24,505 nucleotides of DNA from Candidatus Hermodarchaeota archaeon (GCA_048885535.1 JBHLLO010000041.1:1-24505), one strand, 5' to 3'. Shown: positions 1-9,256, numbered from the stretch's first letter. Program-made: numbers and translations. Notes: generated by a model not told the origin, from the letters alone.

Positions 1-1042
1 CTGGTTCTAATATTACTTTCAAGGAATTTTTTGCTTCACAGACAACCTTAAAAGCTTCATCTGCTTTACTTAAAGGATATCTGTGAGTTATTAAATCTTC
101 TACATTAATTCTTTTCGCTAAAATCCATGTGTAGGCTTCTTGTAAATCATCAGGAGCGGCTCCATAAGAGGTCATAATTGTAATCTCATTTCTCCAATAA
201 TCATTGATAGGAATTTCTAATTTGATATCTGGTTCTGGTACAGCAAAAAATATGATAATTCCACCTGGAGCTACACATTCTAAAGCTTGTTTTGCTGCTG
301 AAATTGCTCCTGTACATACAATTACAACATCAGCTAAGTAGTGATTGTTAAATTCTTTAATTTTTGAAGGAATGTCATCATAGGTAGCATGAAATATAAT
401 ATCAGCCCCAAACTTTTTAGCCATATTTAATCTAAAATCATCCAAATCTGTAGCAAAAATTTTTTCTGCTCCTCTCAATTTAGCTAATTGAATATTAAGA
501 ATTCCTGAAACTCCAGCACCTAAAACTAGAATAGTCAAACCTTTTCTTATATTAGCTAGCCTTTGAGCACGACAAACACATCCTAATGGTTCAATAAATA
601 CTGCTTCTTCGTATGATATTGATGTATCTAAAATGTAAACTCCTTTGTTTTCAATATTAATTTTAGGTATTCTTACGTATTCAGCAAAACCACCTGGATC
701 AAAATTGGTATTATGTAATAGATTGCATGCCGTATGATGTCCTTGATTACAATAATGACAATCAAAACAAGGTACATGATGAGAAACAAATACACGATCT
801 CCTACTTTAAATTTTTTTACCCCTTCTCCAACTTCAACAATATCACCAGCAATTTCGTGACCGAGAATTAAACTATCAACCCCAAGTTTTTTCATTTTTG
901 CGAACCTATAATATTCTAAAATATCAGAACCACAAATTCCTGATTTTTTTATTTTTACTAATAGTTCTCCAGGACCAATAGTTGGTTTTGGAATTTCATC
1001 TTGTCTTATATCATCATTACTATAATATCTTGCTATTTTCAT
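1..1042 (-). CDS. Zinc-dependent medium-chain alcohol/sugar dehydrogenase (threonine/sorbitol DH-like), 3' end outside the window
   Basis: Not in the ORF track because there is no stop in the window. Manual translation from ATG 1042: MKIARYYSNDDIRQDEIPKPTIGPGELLVK...GICGSD...LILGHEIAG...VGDRV...CFDCHYC...C (structural Zn), LGAGVSG Rossmann motif, ending ...SLKVILEP at the window edge. Confidence 0.93.
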   Translation of the reverse strand, partial: MKIARYYSNDDIRQDEIPKPTIGPGELLVKIKKSGICGSDILEYYRFAKMKKLGVDSLILGHEIAGDIVEVGEGVKKFKVGDRVFVSHHVPCFDCHYCNQGHHTACNLLHNTNFDPGGFAEYVRIPKINIENKGVYILDTSISYEEAVFIEPLGCVCRAQRLANIRKGLTILVLGAGVSGILNIQLAKLRGAEKIFATDLDDFRLNMAKKFGADIIFHATYDDIPSKIKEFNNHYLADVVIVCTGAISAAKQALECVAPGGIIIFFAVPEPDIKLEIPINDYWRNEITIMTSYGAAPDDLQEAYTWILAKRINVEDLITHRYPLSKADEAFKVVCEAKNSLKVILEP

Positions 1043-1163
1043 TATTCCATCAAAAAGTAATCACAATTCATATCTTAAAGATATTATGATGTGAAGTTAT
1101 TTATATATTAAGAAGAAATTATTCTATCTAATAAAAACAAAAAATATAGGACCAAAAAGAAAA

Positions 1164-1628
1164 ATGGTGGAAGTAAAAGAAGAACTTTTAGCTCCTTGCG
1201 GGTTGTACTGTGGAGTATGTTCGATTTATATAGCCCATAGAGATAATAATGAGAAGTTTAAGCAAGTTTTATTGCCCGTGTATAAATCTTTTGCCAAAAC
1301 CGTTGAAGATATAGCTTGTACGGGTTGTTTATCTTCTGGTGTTGTTTTTCCTGTATGTCGGGCATGTCAAATTAAGAAATGTAATGCAAATAAAGGGATT
1401 AAAGGCTGTTATCAATGTAATGATTTTCCATGTAAGTTTATCGATAATTTCCCTATCCCTGTTGCCAAGAAAGTTATATTACGTACCATTCCATTTTGGA
1501 AAGAATATGGTACAGAAAAATTTGTGGAGGAAGAAGAAAAGAGGTATACTTGTCCTGAATGTGGAAATTCTCTATTTCGTGGTGTAAAGAAATGTAATAA
1601 ATGTGGACTATTAGTTAATTTGGATTAA
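1164..1628 (+). CDS. DUF3795-family Cys-rich putative metal-binding protein with C-terminal zinc ribbon
   Basis: APCGLYCGVC, CTGC, CxxCxIxxC, GCYQCxDFPC pattern; C-terminal CPECG...CNKCG. Confidence 0.85.
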   Translation: MVEVKEELLAPCGLYCGVCSIYIAHRDNNEKFKQVLLPVYKSFAKTVEDIACTGCLSSGVVFPVCRACQIKKCNANKGIKGCYQCNDFPCKFIDNFPIPVAKKVILRTIPFWKEYGTEKFVEEEEKRYTCPECGNSLFRGVKKCNKCGLLVNLD

Positions 1629-1662
1629 AATCCTTAAAAAATTAAAAAATAAAAATAGTTTT

Positions 1663-1872
1663 TTACTTGTTATTTAAGCTACTTCGTAAGAGTATTTTAA
1701 ATGATGTATCTTCTAAATTCTTATACATTTCCAGCTCATCTTTTAAGAAATCTCTTAAAGCAATTCTAATAGCTTCACTTCTTGACGGATATACTCCTAA
1801 GTCATTTAAAGTTTGAATTGCTGCTAAATACTTTTCTGGTAGATTTATTGTTATGATCTTCAACTTTTTCAA
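1663..1872 (-). CDS. Ribbon-helix-helix (CopG/NikR-like) transcription regulator
   Basis: KIITINLPEKYL...G.YPSRSEAIR.ALRDFL is a typical RHH signature. TTG start at 1872 or 1863. Confidence 0.88.
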   Translation of the reverse strand: MKKLKIITINLPEKYLAAIQTLNDLGVYPSRSEAIRIALRDFLKDELEMYKNLEDTSFKILLRSSLNNK

Positions 1873-2043
1873 CCCTTAATTAATAAAACATGGAATTATT
1901 GTATGGGATTAAGTTAATTAATAATTATATTTTGTCGGATGATATATAAATCAATTCTATTAATCCTTTAATGGTGTTAATGACTTAATTTATAACGAAT
2001 ATGAAAGAAAAAAGGTATTTGATAAATTTTTATTTTTTTTGAC

Positions 2044-2796
2044 TTAATAGAGTCTTTCAAAAGATTTTACTCTTAAGACTAAAGAATATGCTGATTTATA
2101 TAATTCTGAATGACTAACTTCTTTAATATCTGTTAGAAATTTGATTGTATGATCTTCCTCGCGCTTTATATAAGTAATACCTCTCGTTTTATATTCATAA
2201 TCTAAGTAAACGTCAATTTTTAAAACGTTTTCATCTAATTTGCTAGGTAGCTGAGGCATCATATTAAATGTAAAGATTAAATCTGGCTCAGATTTACTTT
2301 TGGCATTTATTACAAATACTATGTTAGGTTGCAAATATGAAGTAAAAGATTCTATAGAATGGAAGAGATCATCAACTTTAATGGTTAATATAGAATTATC
2401 TAAAGCGCTACAATCGCTAATTAAGGGAAGAGAAAATTTTTCTTTACCTCGAAAAGCTAAAGCCATCTCATTGGAATTCAGATATTTTTTAAAAATTTCA
2501 TGTTCTTTTTCTAAGAGAAATTTATCAGAAATAGGATCGTTTTTACAATAAATTATCATAGTACCGGCAGAAAACAAATTTATTTTTTGAAAATATATTT
2601 TATGTATGGGACTGTAGGGTAAATTAATAATCTCTTTACTCCCCCCTAATCCAAGTTGTGCCATAACATCCATAGACACTTGACTAGTAAGGGTAAATAG
2701 AAGGAAGGATCTGAAATCTGTCACTTCAATAAAATTGGTAAAATTTGAGAAATAATTGTTAACTACTTCAATGTTTTCTTTAAGTTTCTGGGACAT
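2044..2796 (-). CDS. Hypothetical protein (250 aa)
   Basis: Long ATG-started ORF in AT-rich DNA, 59 nt downstream of the co-oriented DtxR-like gene; no motif recognised. Confidence 0.75.
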   Translation of the reverse strand: MSQKLKENIEVVNNYFSNFTNFIEVTDFRSFLLFTLTSQVSMDVMAQLGLGGSKEIINLPYSPIHKIYFQKINLFSAGTMIIYCKNDPISDKFLLEKEHEIFKKYLNSNEMALAFRGKEKFSLPLISDCSALDNSILTIKVDDLFHSIESFTSYLQPNIVFVINAKSKSEPDLIFTFNMMPQLPSKLDENVLKIDVYLDYEYKTRGITYIKREEDHTIKFLTDIKEVSHSELYKSAYSLVLRVKSFERLY

Positions 2797-2855
2797 TTTA
2801 AATCAATATAAGAATTTGATATTTGAGAATTTTGAAGGAATAATATTAATTAAGT

Positions 2856-3275
2856 TTATTCTATATAATTAGAAAGAAATTTCTTAAGAGAATTTTTTAT
2901 ATCTTGAGTAATATGATGTTCAATTTCATGGGTTATTTTTTCAACAACTTGATCATCTTCAATTTTTAATACTTCTTTAAAGAAAATTCTTAGGAGCTCG
3001 TGAATTTCATCTAGCTGAATAGCGATTTTTTTTCCCTCTTCAGTAAGTCGTATTGCTTTTCTAGGTTCCCATCTTATGTAGCCTCTCTTTTTCAGTTTTT
3101 CAAGCATACCAGATACAGAAGCAGGTTCAACTTCAAGAGTTTCAGCAATTTCTTTATTTGAGACCCAACCTCCTTTTTTTTTTTTAGAGATTTGAAAAAT
3201 AACATCTAAATATCTCTGGAAACTTTCTCTAACATCTAATATATCAGAGTCTTCAAATTGAGTATTGTTTTTCAT
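2856..3275 (-). CDS. DtxR/MntR-family metal-dependent transcriptional regulator
   Basis: YLDVIFQI...VSNKEIAETLEVEPASVSGMLEKLKKRGYI...IRLTEEG winged HTH, plus H..L..FF..VL...HEIEHH metal/dimerisation domain. Start placed at MKNNTQ (3275) rather than 3317. Confidence 0.9.
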   Translation of the reverse strand: MKNNTQFEDSDILDVRESFQRYLDVIFQISKKKKGGWVSNKEIAETLEVEPASVSGMLEKLKKRGYIRWEPRKAIRLTEEGKKIAIQLDEIHELLRIFFKEVLKIEDDQVVEKITHEIEHHITQDIKNSLKKFLSNYIE

Positions 3276-3387
3276 AATAAGGGATGATCTTAAAATTAAT
3301 ACTATGTATAATATCAATAACTATTAATAAATCTCTTATTATTTTTTCTAGTTAAGATAGAATTAATTCCCATGAAAGATAGAGATT

Positions 3388-3951
3388 ATGAGAAAAAAAT
3401 TCAAAGGAACTTTATTTTTAGTAGTTGGTAATTCTGGTTCAGGGAAAGATTCAATTATTCAAGGAGCTATTGAAAGATACCCTACTAGTTTAAAAAAGTT
3501 ATATGCTCCAAAAAGATATATAACACGCCCTCCCTCAGAAACAGAAGATAATATTTCCGTTTCACCTGAAGAATTTCAAGTTTTATCCCAAGAGGGAAAG
3601 TTCGCTTTAGAATGGCATATTTATGGATTGGATTATGGAGTTCCTATTGAAATTGATGATTTATTACAAAAGGGTCATCCTGTAGCTATAAATGTAAGCA
3701 GAAAGATTGTGTCAAAAGCAAGAGAGACTTATGAAAACATTAAAGTTATATTTATAGAAGTGCCACTTGAAATTACTTTAAAGCGTCTGAGAAAACGTGC
3801 CAGAGAGACTGGAAATCGATTGAATGAGAGGATAGAAAGAGCAAAAAATAATCAAAATTATCCAGAGGCTGACTTTACTATTGATAACACTGGTCACCTT
3901 GAAGATGCTGTTAATATGTTTTTAAACTATATTTTAAAACAAAATATATAG
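3388..3951 (+). CDS. phnN: Ribose 1,5-bisphosphate phosphokinase PhnN-like (guanylate-kinase fold)
   Basis: VVGNSGSGKDS Walker A, RYITRP, FALEWHIYGLDYGVP and NVSR motifs match PhnN. Confidence 0.82.
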   Translation: MRKKFKGTLFLVVGNSGSGKDSIIQGAIERYPTSLKKLYAPKRYITRPPSETEDNISVSPEEFQVLSQEGKFALEWHIYGLDYGVPIEIDDLLQKGHPVAINVSRKIVSKARETYENIKVIFIEVPLEITLKRLRKRARETGNRLNERIERAKNNQNYPEADFTIDNTGHLEDAVNMFLNYILKQNI

Positions 3952-3968
3952 TCTTTATTAATACTTTT

Positions 3969-6026
3969 TTAGTGGTTTTGCTTTCTTACTTGTTTTCGCT
4001 TAAATTTCAAGGTGATTAGATAAATTGAAATTCCAACCAATATGCAAGAGATAAAAGACAAATAGTAATTTACTATAATCCATGGATTACTACTAAAATT
4101 TAGAATTTCTAAACCATCTTCCCCATCAGCGAAATATACATAATTCCCCAAAACAAATAGATTCTCGGCATCTCCCCCATCATCAAATTGTCCTACTTTA
4201 AACGGAAATTTAGGATTGGAAATGTCTATAATCTGTAATCCATTATAATAATTAGTTACAAAGGCATAAAACTCAGAGACATGAACACCATATATTCCGC
4301 CCACTCTACAACTCCCTATCAGTTTGGGTGAAGATGGAACAGAAATATCGATAATTTCTAACCCAGAAAGGCCAGTTCCTACATAAGCATACTTACCAGA
4401 CACATAGATATCATTTAAACGATTGTGGGAAGCAAAAGCATAATCTCCTACCTTTTGAGGCCTGGATGGAAAAAAGATGTCGATAATTTCAAATCCTTCA
4501 TCATACTGACCAACAAAAGCGTATTTATCAGATAGAGATATATGAGCCGCATGTCTTGTATAATATTGCCCTACTAAGAACGGTTCAAAACAATCATGAA
4601 CATTAATGATCCGTAAACCATAATTCCCAACTGTGTAAGCATATTGTTTACCACGTTTGTAATCAATAACATGAATATCAGAGATATGTGCAGAATTATT
4701 CTGATATAACAATGTTGGTGTGTAAGGGTTAGAAATATTAATAATTGCAAAACCTTGATCTCCAGCAGCTATATAAGCAAAACCACGATCCACAAATACT
4801 TTCTGAGCATCACCAGTTTCACATCCTCCAATAAATTTTGGTGTTGATGGATTGGAAATATTAATAATACGCAATCCTCTTCCTAACGCTGCCAAATAAG
4901 CATAATCACCAGATACATAAACATCATTTATAAAACTAATATCATCATATTGGTTAACTTTAGCAAGTGAGGATGAATTAGAAACGTTAATTATTGCTAA
5001 ACCGTCTCGCCCTTGGGCAACATAGGCATAATTTCCTGAAAAAAATATTCCTTTAGCATAATTACCATCGTTATATTGACCTATTTTGGTTAGAAAGTAA
5101 GGGTTAGAGATATTAATAATTTCTAAACCATCCATTCCATCTGCAATATAAGCAATAGATTCATTGATAATAATATCATTTGCTCGCCCCATTCCTCCTT
5201 CAATATACTCTCCAGCTTTTACTGGGGCTGAAGGATTGGTAATATCGATAATTTCAATACCCTCACCCCCAAAAGCCGTTTCTAAAGCTAGATAAGCAAA
5301 AGATCCAGAAACACAAACTGCAGCAGGTAAACTCCCATCATAATATTGCCCGATCTCTTGGGGGGAAATGGGGTTGGAAATATCAATTATTTTTAAACCA
5401 TAAAAATTAATTGTTAGATAAGCATAATGTCCAGAGATATAAATTCCTGTCGCACTTTCCCACATTCCAACAATATCCATTTGTGCAACTTTTTTCGGTG
5501 CGGAAGGATTAGATACATCAATAATTTTGAATCCTTCAGGTCCATTTACAAGATACGCATAAGGTCCATTAACAACTACATCATTGGCGTAACTCTCATC
5601 ATAATATACCCCAATTTCATTTGGAGAAAATGGATCAGAGATATCGATTATCTTTAGTCCAAAGTTTTTAATTGTTAGATACGCATGGTTCCCCGAAATG
5701 CTAATCCCTGTTATATATCCGCCCTTATCATATTCGGAAATCTTGGTTAAATTATAAACATCTGTTATATTAATTATCTTAAGACCTCCAGGTCCTGCCG
5801 CACAATAAGCTAAATTATCTATTACAATTAAGTCTTCTAGATTTCCGTCCAAAATATCAGCAATTTTTATAATTTCCACTGATCTTGTCATTGGATTTAA
5901 ATTCTCAAATGCATTAGGACGAATATTTTTATACTTATAACCCTCTACATTAATGAGAGAAAATTGGCTAATTGTTATAATGCAAATTAATAAGCCATGA
6001 AAATATGGTATAAACTTAGCTTTCAA
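3969..6026 (-). CDS. Membrane-anchored LVIVD-repeat beta-propeller surface protein
   Basis: 14 counted repeats of [DI.V.G.YAY.A.G..GL.IIDIS.P..P]; N-terminal hydrophobic signal; C-terminal TM helix followed by a basic tail (KFKRKQVRK). TTG start. Confidence 0.92.
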   Translation of the reverse strand: MKAKFIPYFHGLLICIITISQFSLINVEGYKYKNIRPNAFENLNPMTRSVEIIKIADILDGNLEDLIVIDNLAYCAAGPGGLKIINITDVYNLTKISEYDKGGYITGISISGNHAYLTIKNFGLKIIDISDPFSPNEIGVYYDESYANDVVVNGPYAYLVNGPEGFKIIDVSNPSAPKKVAQMDIVGMWESATGIYISGHYAYLTINFYGLKIIDISNPISPQEIGQYYDGSLPAAVCVSGSFAYLALETAFGGEGIEIIDITNPSAPVKAGEYIEGGMGRANDIIINESIAYIADGMDGLEIINISNPYFLTKIGQYNDGNYAKGIFFSGNYAYVAQGRDGLAIINVSNSSSLAKVNQYDDISFINDVYVSGDYAYLAALGRGLRIINISNPSTPKFIGGCETGDAQKVFVDRGFAYIAAGDQGFAIINISNPYTPTLLYQNNSAHISDIHVIDYKRGKQYAYTVGNYGLRIINVHDCFEPFLVGQYYTRHAAHISLSDKYAFVGQYDEGFEIIDIFFPSRPQKVGDYAFASHNRLNDIYVSGKYAYVGTGLSGLEIIDISVPSSPKLIGSCRVGGIYGVHVSEFYAFVTNYYNGLQIIDISNPKFPFKVGQFDDGGDAENLFVLGNYVYFADGEDGLEILNFSSNPWIIVNYYLSFISCILVGISIYLITLKFKRKQVRKQNH

Positions 6027-6255
6027 CTGAATATTTTTCTTGGTTATTATTGAATTTGATGTTAATTAAATATTCTTTATTCAATGCTACTTTATTAATT
6101 TATTCTACTTATCCGCTGTAAATAGGTAAATTATGATATTTAGAAAAAGGAAGAATTCTAATAAACAATAAATTTTTTTTCTAGTAATAATTATTGTTCA
6201 TACCCTAAATTTTTTCTTTAATGGCTCGGTTCGTATAGTGGTTAGTATTGGGGAC

Positions 6256-6286
6256 AAATATGGAAAAAATTTCCATAACGCCCTAA
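6256..6286 (+). other. tRNA intron 1 (31 nt, position 32/33)
   Basis: Central helix GGGG/CCCT, bulges AC|A and AA|T, internal hairpin TATGGAAA-AAA-TTTCCATA (6259-6277). Confidence 0.82.
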
Positions 6287-6299
6287 TGTGAATCCTTAG

Positions 6300-6330
6300 A
6301 GAATGAGAGAATTCCTCTCTTTTCGAGGAG
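6300..6330 (+). other. tRNA intron 2 (31 nt, variable loop, position 45/46)
   Basis: Central helix CCTT/GAGG, bulges AG|A and AG|A, inner stem GAA/TTC plus GAGAG-AATTC-CTCTC. Confidence 0.82.
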
Positions 6331-6461
6331 ACGGGGGTTCGATTCCCCCACCGAGCCCTATAAGCTTTACAAGGTTACTTTTCATTAAACTTTCGCAAAA
6401 TGGAAGATTAAAAACTCTTTAACTATTTTTATTATTATTGTAATCATCTTTTATTTAAATT

Positions 6462-6917
6462 ATGGGGAAATTAGATCGAAAAAAAATCAGAGATATTCCA
6501 GGGTGGGAAAAGAACGCCCCAATTCATATATGTATGGGTGCTGACTATCGTGGGTTAACATTTTGTTGCAAACCAGGGCACTCTCTGGCATTCGAGTTTA
6601 AATGTAAGAGAGATGAAACTCTTCGAGAGATTGGGTTATCTTCGAAAGACTTTATTAAAATAAAAGAGGCATTTTCAAAAGAAAACCAATGGGATAGCGA
6701 TTTAGTGTGTTTTGGGTCACTTTCTTACTGTTGTATGAGGAGGGGTGGATGTGAAAGGAGGGATCCAGCCTTAGAACTGAGATATCCCAATAAATCTAAG
6801 GATGAAAGGATGGAAATATATTTCAGAAAAAAGAAAGAGTTATCTAAAAAAATTTTAGAAGCTGTTTCAGATCCAAAAGGAAAAAAGAAAGTTAAACCAT
6901 ATTTAAAATATTTTTAA
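6462..6917 (+). CDS. Methanogenesis marker 9 domain-containing Cys-rich protein
   Basis: W..AP.HIC.G.D.RGL.FCC.P...C..D..L..IGLS..F..IK..F...CFGSL.YCC...C..RD pattern. Confidence 0.8.
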   Translation: MGKLDRKKIRDIPGWEKNAPIHICMGADYRGLTFCCKPGHSLAFEFKCKRDETLREIGLSSKDFIKIKEAFSKENQWDSDLVCFGSLSYCCMRRGGCERRDPALELRYPNKSKDERMEIYFRKKKELSKKILEAVSDPKGKKKVKPYLKYF

Positions 6918-6940
6918 GAATGTAATTTGCGAAAACTAAT

Positions 6941-7897
6941 ATGATTATTTCAATAACTCATGAGCATGATTTAGACGGAATAGCATCTCAAGCAATTATA
7001 AAAAGATTTTTTAATTTATTTCCTCAGAAAGATACCCATATATTTAAACAATTCTTTGCTCATTATTTAGATTTTGTTGATAAAGTTAAAAATGTCTTAA
7101 AATTGGGTTCTACCCCACACAAATTAATAATAACAGATATTGGTTTTAATAAGGATTTTCTAGAACTATTTCCTATATTTGAAGAACTTAAAAAAAAAGG
7201 TTGTAAATTATTTTGGTTTGACCACCATATAGTTAATAAGAAAATTAAAGACAGGATTAAGAATGTTACAAATCTTTATGTAAATGACCCTTTAAAGTGT
7301 GCTGCCGAAATAGTTAAAGATCATTACTTACCTAATGATTCTGTAGCATTAAAGCTTGCTGAATTAGCTAGGGACTCTGATTTTAAAAATAATAAGTATC
7401 CATTTGCAAATGAGTTACAATTAATTATTGGATATAATAGGGGAGAAAACAAATATCAAGAGAAGATTAAGTTAGTTTCACTACTATCGAAAGGAAGTTT
7501 TCAAAATCGATGGTATAGAACACAATTAGAGGAATTACAATCTTGGTTTAAAGAAGAATCAGCTTCCGCTTTAAAACGTGCTGAGATTATAACTATTGAG
7601 GATTTTGGAAATATAGCAATTTCATTTTCAAAAATAAGTGGAGGAAAAGTTACTGATTTACTTAAGAATCAATATCCAGATATAAAAGTTTATATTGGAA
7701 TTGACACAAGGTTTAATGAAATTATTATTTCTAGTAATTATATCAACTGTAGGGATTTTGCAACCGAATTTGGTGGAGGAGGTCATAATGCTAGAGCAGG
7801 ATTTAAATATAATAACATTTTTGTGGAAAAAGAAAATATAAACCCACAATTTATTAAGGACCTCAAGGAAAAATTCAGAAGATTTCATATTAACTGA
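6941..7897 (+). CDS. DHH/DHHA1-family phosphoesterase (nanoRNase/RecJ-like)
   Basis: THEHDLDG, IITDIG, WFDHH and C-terminal FGGGGHNARAG motifs. Confidence 0.9.
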   Translation: MIISITHEHDLDGIASQAIIKRFFNLFPQKDTHIFKQFFAHYLDFVDKVKNVLKLGSTPHKLIITDIGFNKDFLELFPIFEELKKKGCKLFWFDHHIVNKKIKDRIKNVTNLYVNDPLKCAAEIVKDHYLPNDSVALKLAELARDSDFKNNKYPFANELQLIIGYNRGENKYQEKIKLVSLLSKGSFQNRWYRTQLEELQSWFKEESASALKRAEIITIEDFGNIAISFSKISGGKVTDLLKNQYPDIKVYIGIDTRFNEIIISSNYINCRDFATEFGGGGHNARAGFKYNNIFVEKENINPQFIKDLKEKFRRFHIN

Positions 7898-8232
7898 TTA
7901 ATATTGAATAGAATAATATGTAAATAGTACACCAATATAGCGAATTAGACGTGAAATTGGCGTTTCACGAAGATCAAAAAGATCTAAAAGCCTAATACTT
8001 ATATCCTAAAAGTTTTTACTTTTTTGATAATCATTTAAATTGTCAAGTAATCACCAACAGAATTTAGTTTTGAAACTAAAAGTCTAAATATCTTAATTAG
8101 AGCTAAAGATATTAACATTTTCGTTTTAAATTTAGCTTTTTTTAGTAAAACATCTTGTTGAAATTATGTTCCCTTTTTTCGAATGAAAAAACGAAAATTT
8201 TTTTAATATCAAAGGTTACATCTAAAATTAAC

Positions 8233-8382
8233 ATGGATTGGGAAAAAGTTATTTCACACGGACAAAGAGAAGAGCTATATATCTATAAAGTTCTAACACC
8301 ACATGATAAGATAGAAGAGGCCGACAAAAACATTTTGAAAAGTATACTCTTAGAAGAAGTCGCAAAAGAGGAAGAAGAGTAA
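8233..8382 (+). CDS. Small acidic hypothetical protein (~49 aa)
   Basis: The ATG at 8233 (MDWEKVISHG...EEVAKEEEE) begins the purine-rich, coding-like part of ORF 8155-8382; an AT-rich TATA-like tract lies ~25-30 nt upstream. Confidence 0.5.
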   Translation: MDWEKVISHGQREELYIYKVLTPHDKIEEADKNILKSILLEEVAKEEEE

Positions 8383-8409
8383 CTTTTTTTGTAGTTCTTA
8401 ATTGTCGTG

Positions 8410-9075
8410 TTAATCAATTTTTATATTAGTTTTCTTCTCATCAATCTTTTTTAACTTTATTTCAAGTATACCATTAACATAACGCGCTTTAGCGTAATCA
8501 GAATTGATTGCAGTAGGTAATTTTACTTCTTTAAAGTATTTTCTATTTGAGTCTGGTTTAGTTGATATGGTTAAAGAGCGCGTTGTTGCTTTTAATTCTA
8601 TATCATCCCTAGTAACTCCTGGCATCTCTGCCACAACTATGATTTGATTTGCATCCTCGCTAACTTCTACTAATGGCTCTCTTTCTTTTTTTACCTTCGT
8701 TTTCCCAGTGAAGGTTTCGGGTTTTATTGTACCAAAAGAATCAATAATTGGCTTTCCATCAGGTCCAGAGGTAATATTGAAGCCATACATTATTGGTCCT
8801 TTAAAATATTTATGTCGATTCTTCCAAATCTCTCTTGTAATTTCCTCTGGAGACATGTTTTGAAAATCTTTTGGCAAATCTTTCATAATTTGTTTGAAAA
8901 CTTCCTTGAATATCTGTTGAAATTGCTCCGGATTAAAGAATTGTCCAATATCGAAATTCTTAAAAATCTTTTCTGGATCTCCAAACTTTTTAAAAATATT
9001 AAATGGATCTTCAGATTCATCCTCATCCTCTTCATCTTCATCTCTTTCTTCTGGTGGCATGAATTCACTTCTCAC
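8410..9075 (-). CDS. hsp20: Archaeal small heat-shock protein Hsp20
   Basis: GPIMYGFNITSGPDGKP...FG, EREPLVEV...VVAEMPGV...AKARYVNGILEI alpha-crystallin domain. Confidence 0.93.
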   Translation of the reverse strand: MRSEFMPPEERDEDEEDEDESEDPFNIFKKFGDPEKIFKNFDIGQFFNPEQFQQIFKEVFKQIMKDLPKDFQNMSPEEITREIWKNRHKYFKGPIMYGFNITSGPDGKPIIDSFGTIKPETFTGKTKVKKEREPLVEVSEDANQIIVVAEMPGVTRDDIELKATTRSLTISTKPDSNRKYFKEVKLPTAINSDYAKARYVNGILEIKLKKIDEKKTNIKID

Positions 9076-9256
9076 CTAATAATTATTTGCTTGAATAAAT
9101 TTTTAAATTTGAATTTTAATATAAATACATAAAAGCTAAAAAACTAACAGCTTATATTCTAGAAAAAATTGAATAGATTAATAAATTTATTCCAAATAAA
9201 AGTTTTGAAATTTAATATTAATAATGGTTAGAAAAAAGTAAACGGGATAGAATTTT

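Larger units (their letters stand above)
6223..6357 (+). tRNA. tRNA-His(GTG) with encoded G-1 and two introns (6256-6286 at 32/33; 6300-6330 at 45/46)
   Basis: Acceptor GCTCGGT/ACCGAGC with G-1:C73; D arm GTAT-AGTGGTTA-GTAT. After removing both introns: anticodon arm GGGGA-CTGTGAA-TCCTT, variable loop AGAC, T arm GGGGG-TTCGATT-CCCCC. CCA not encoded. Confidence 0.9.

Noticed and set aside
6060-6201. Hydrophobic, signal-peptide-like reading frame upstream of the LVIVD gene
   Set aside because: Broken by several stops and explained by AT-rich composition.
6313-6332. Reading the tRNA as Glu (TTC) or Lys (TTT) from CTCTCTTTTCGAGG
   Set aside because: It leaves no room for a variable loop or a proper anticodon stem; G-1:C73 and the GTG loop fit His.
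8061-8085. Loose similarity of minus-strand AGACTTTTAGTTTCAAAACTAAATT to the candidate intron hairpin
   Set aside because: Short, AT-rich and gapped; no interrupted ORF around it.
9157-9164. TTCTAGAA, resembling a eukaryotic heat-shock element upstream of hsp20
   Set aside because: A single 8-mer that also occurs inside CDSs in this AT-rich window (near 7158 and 10152).
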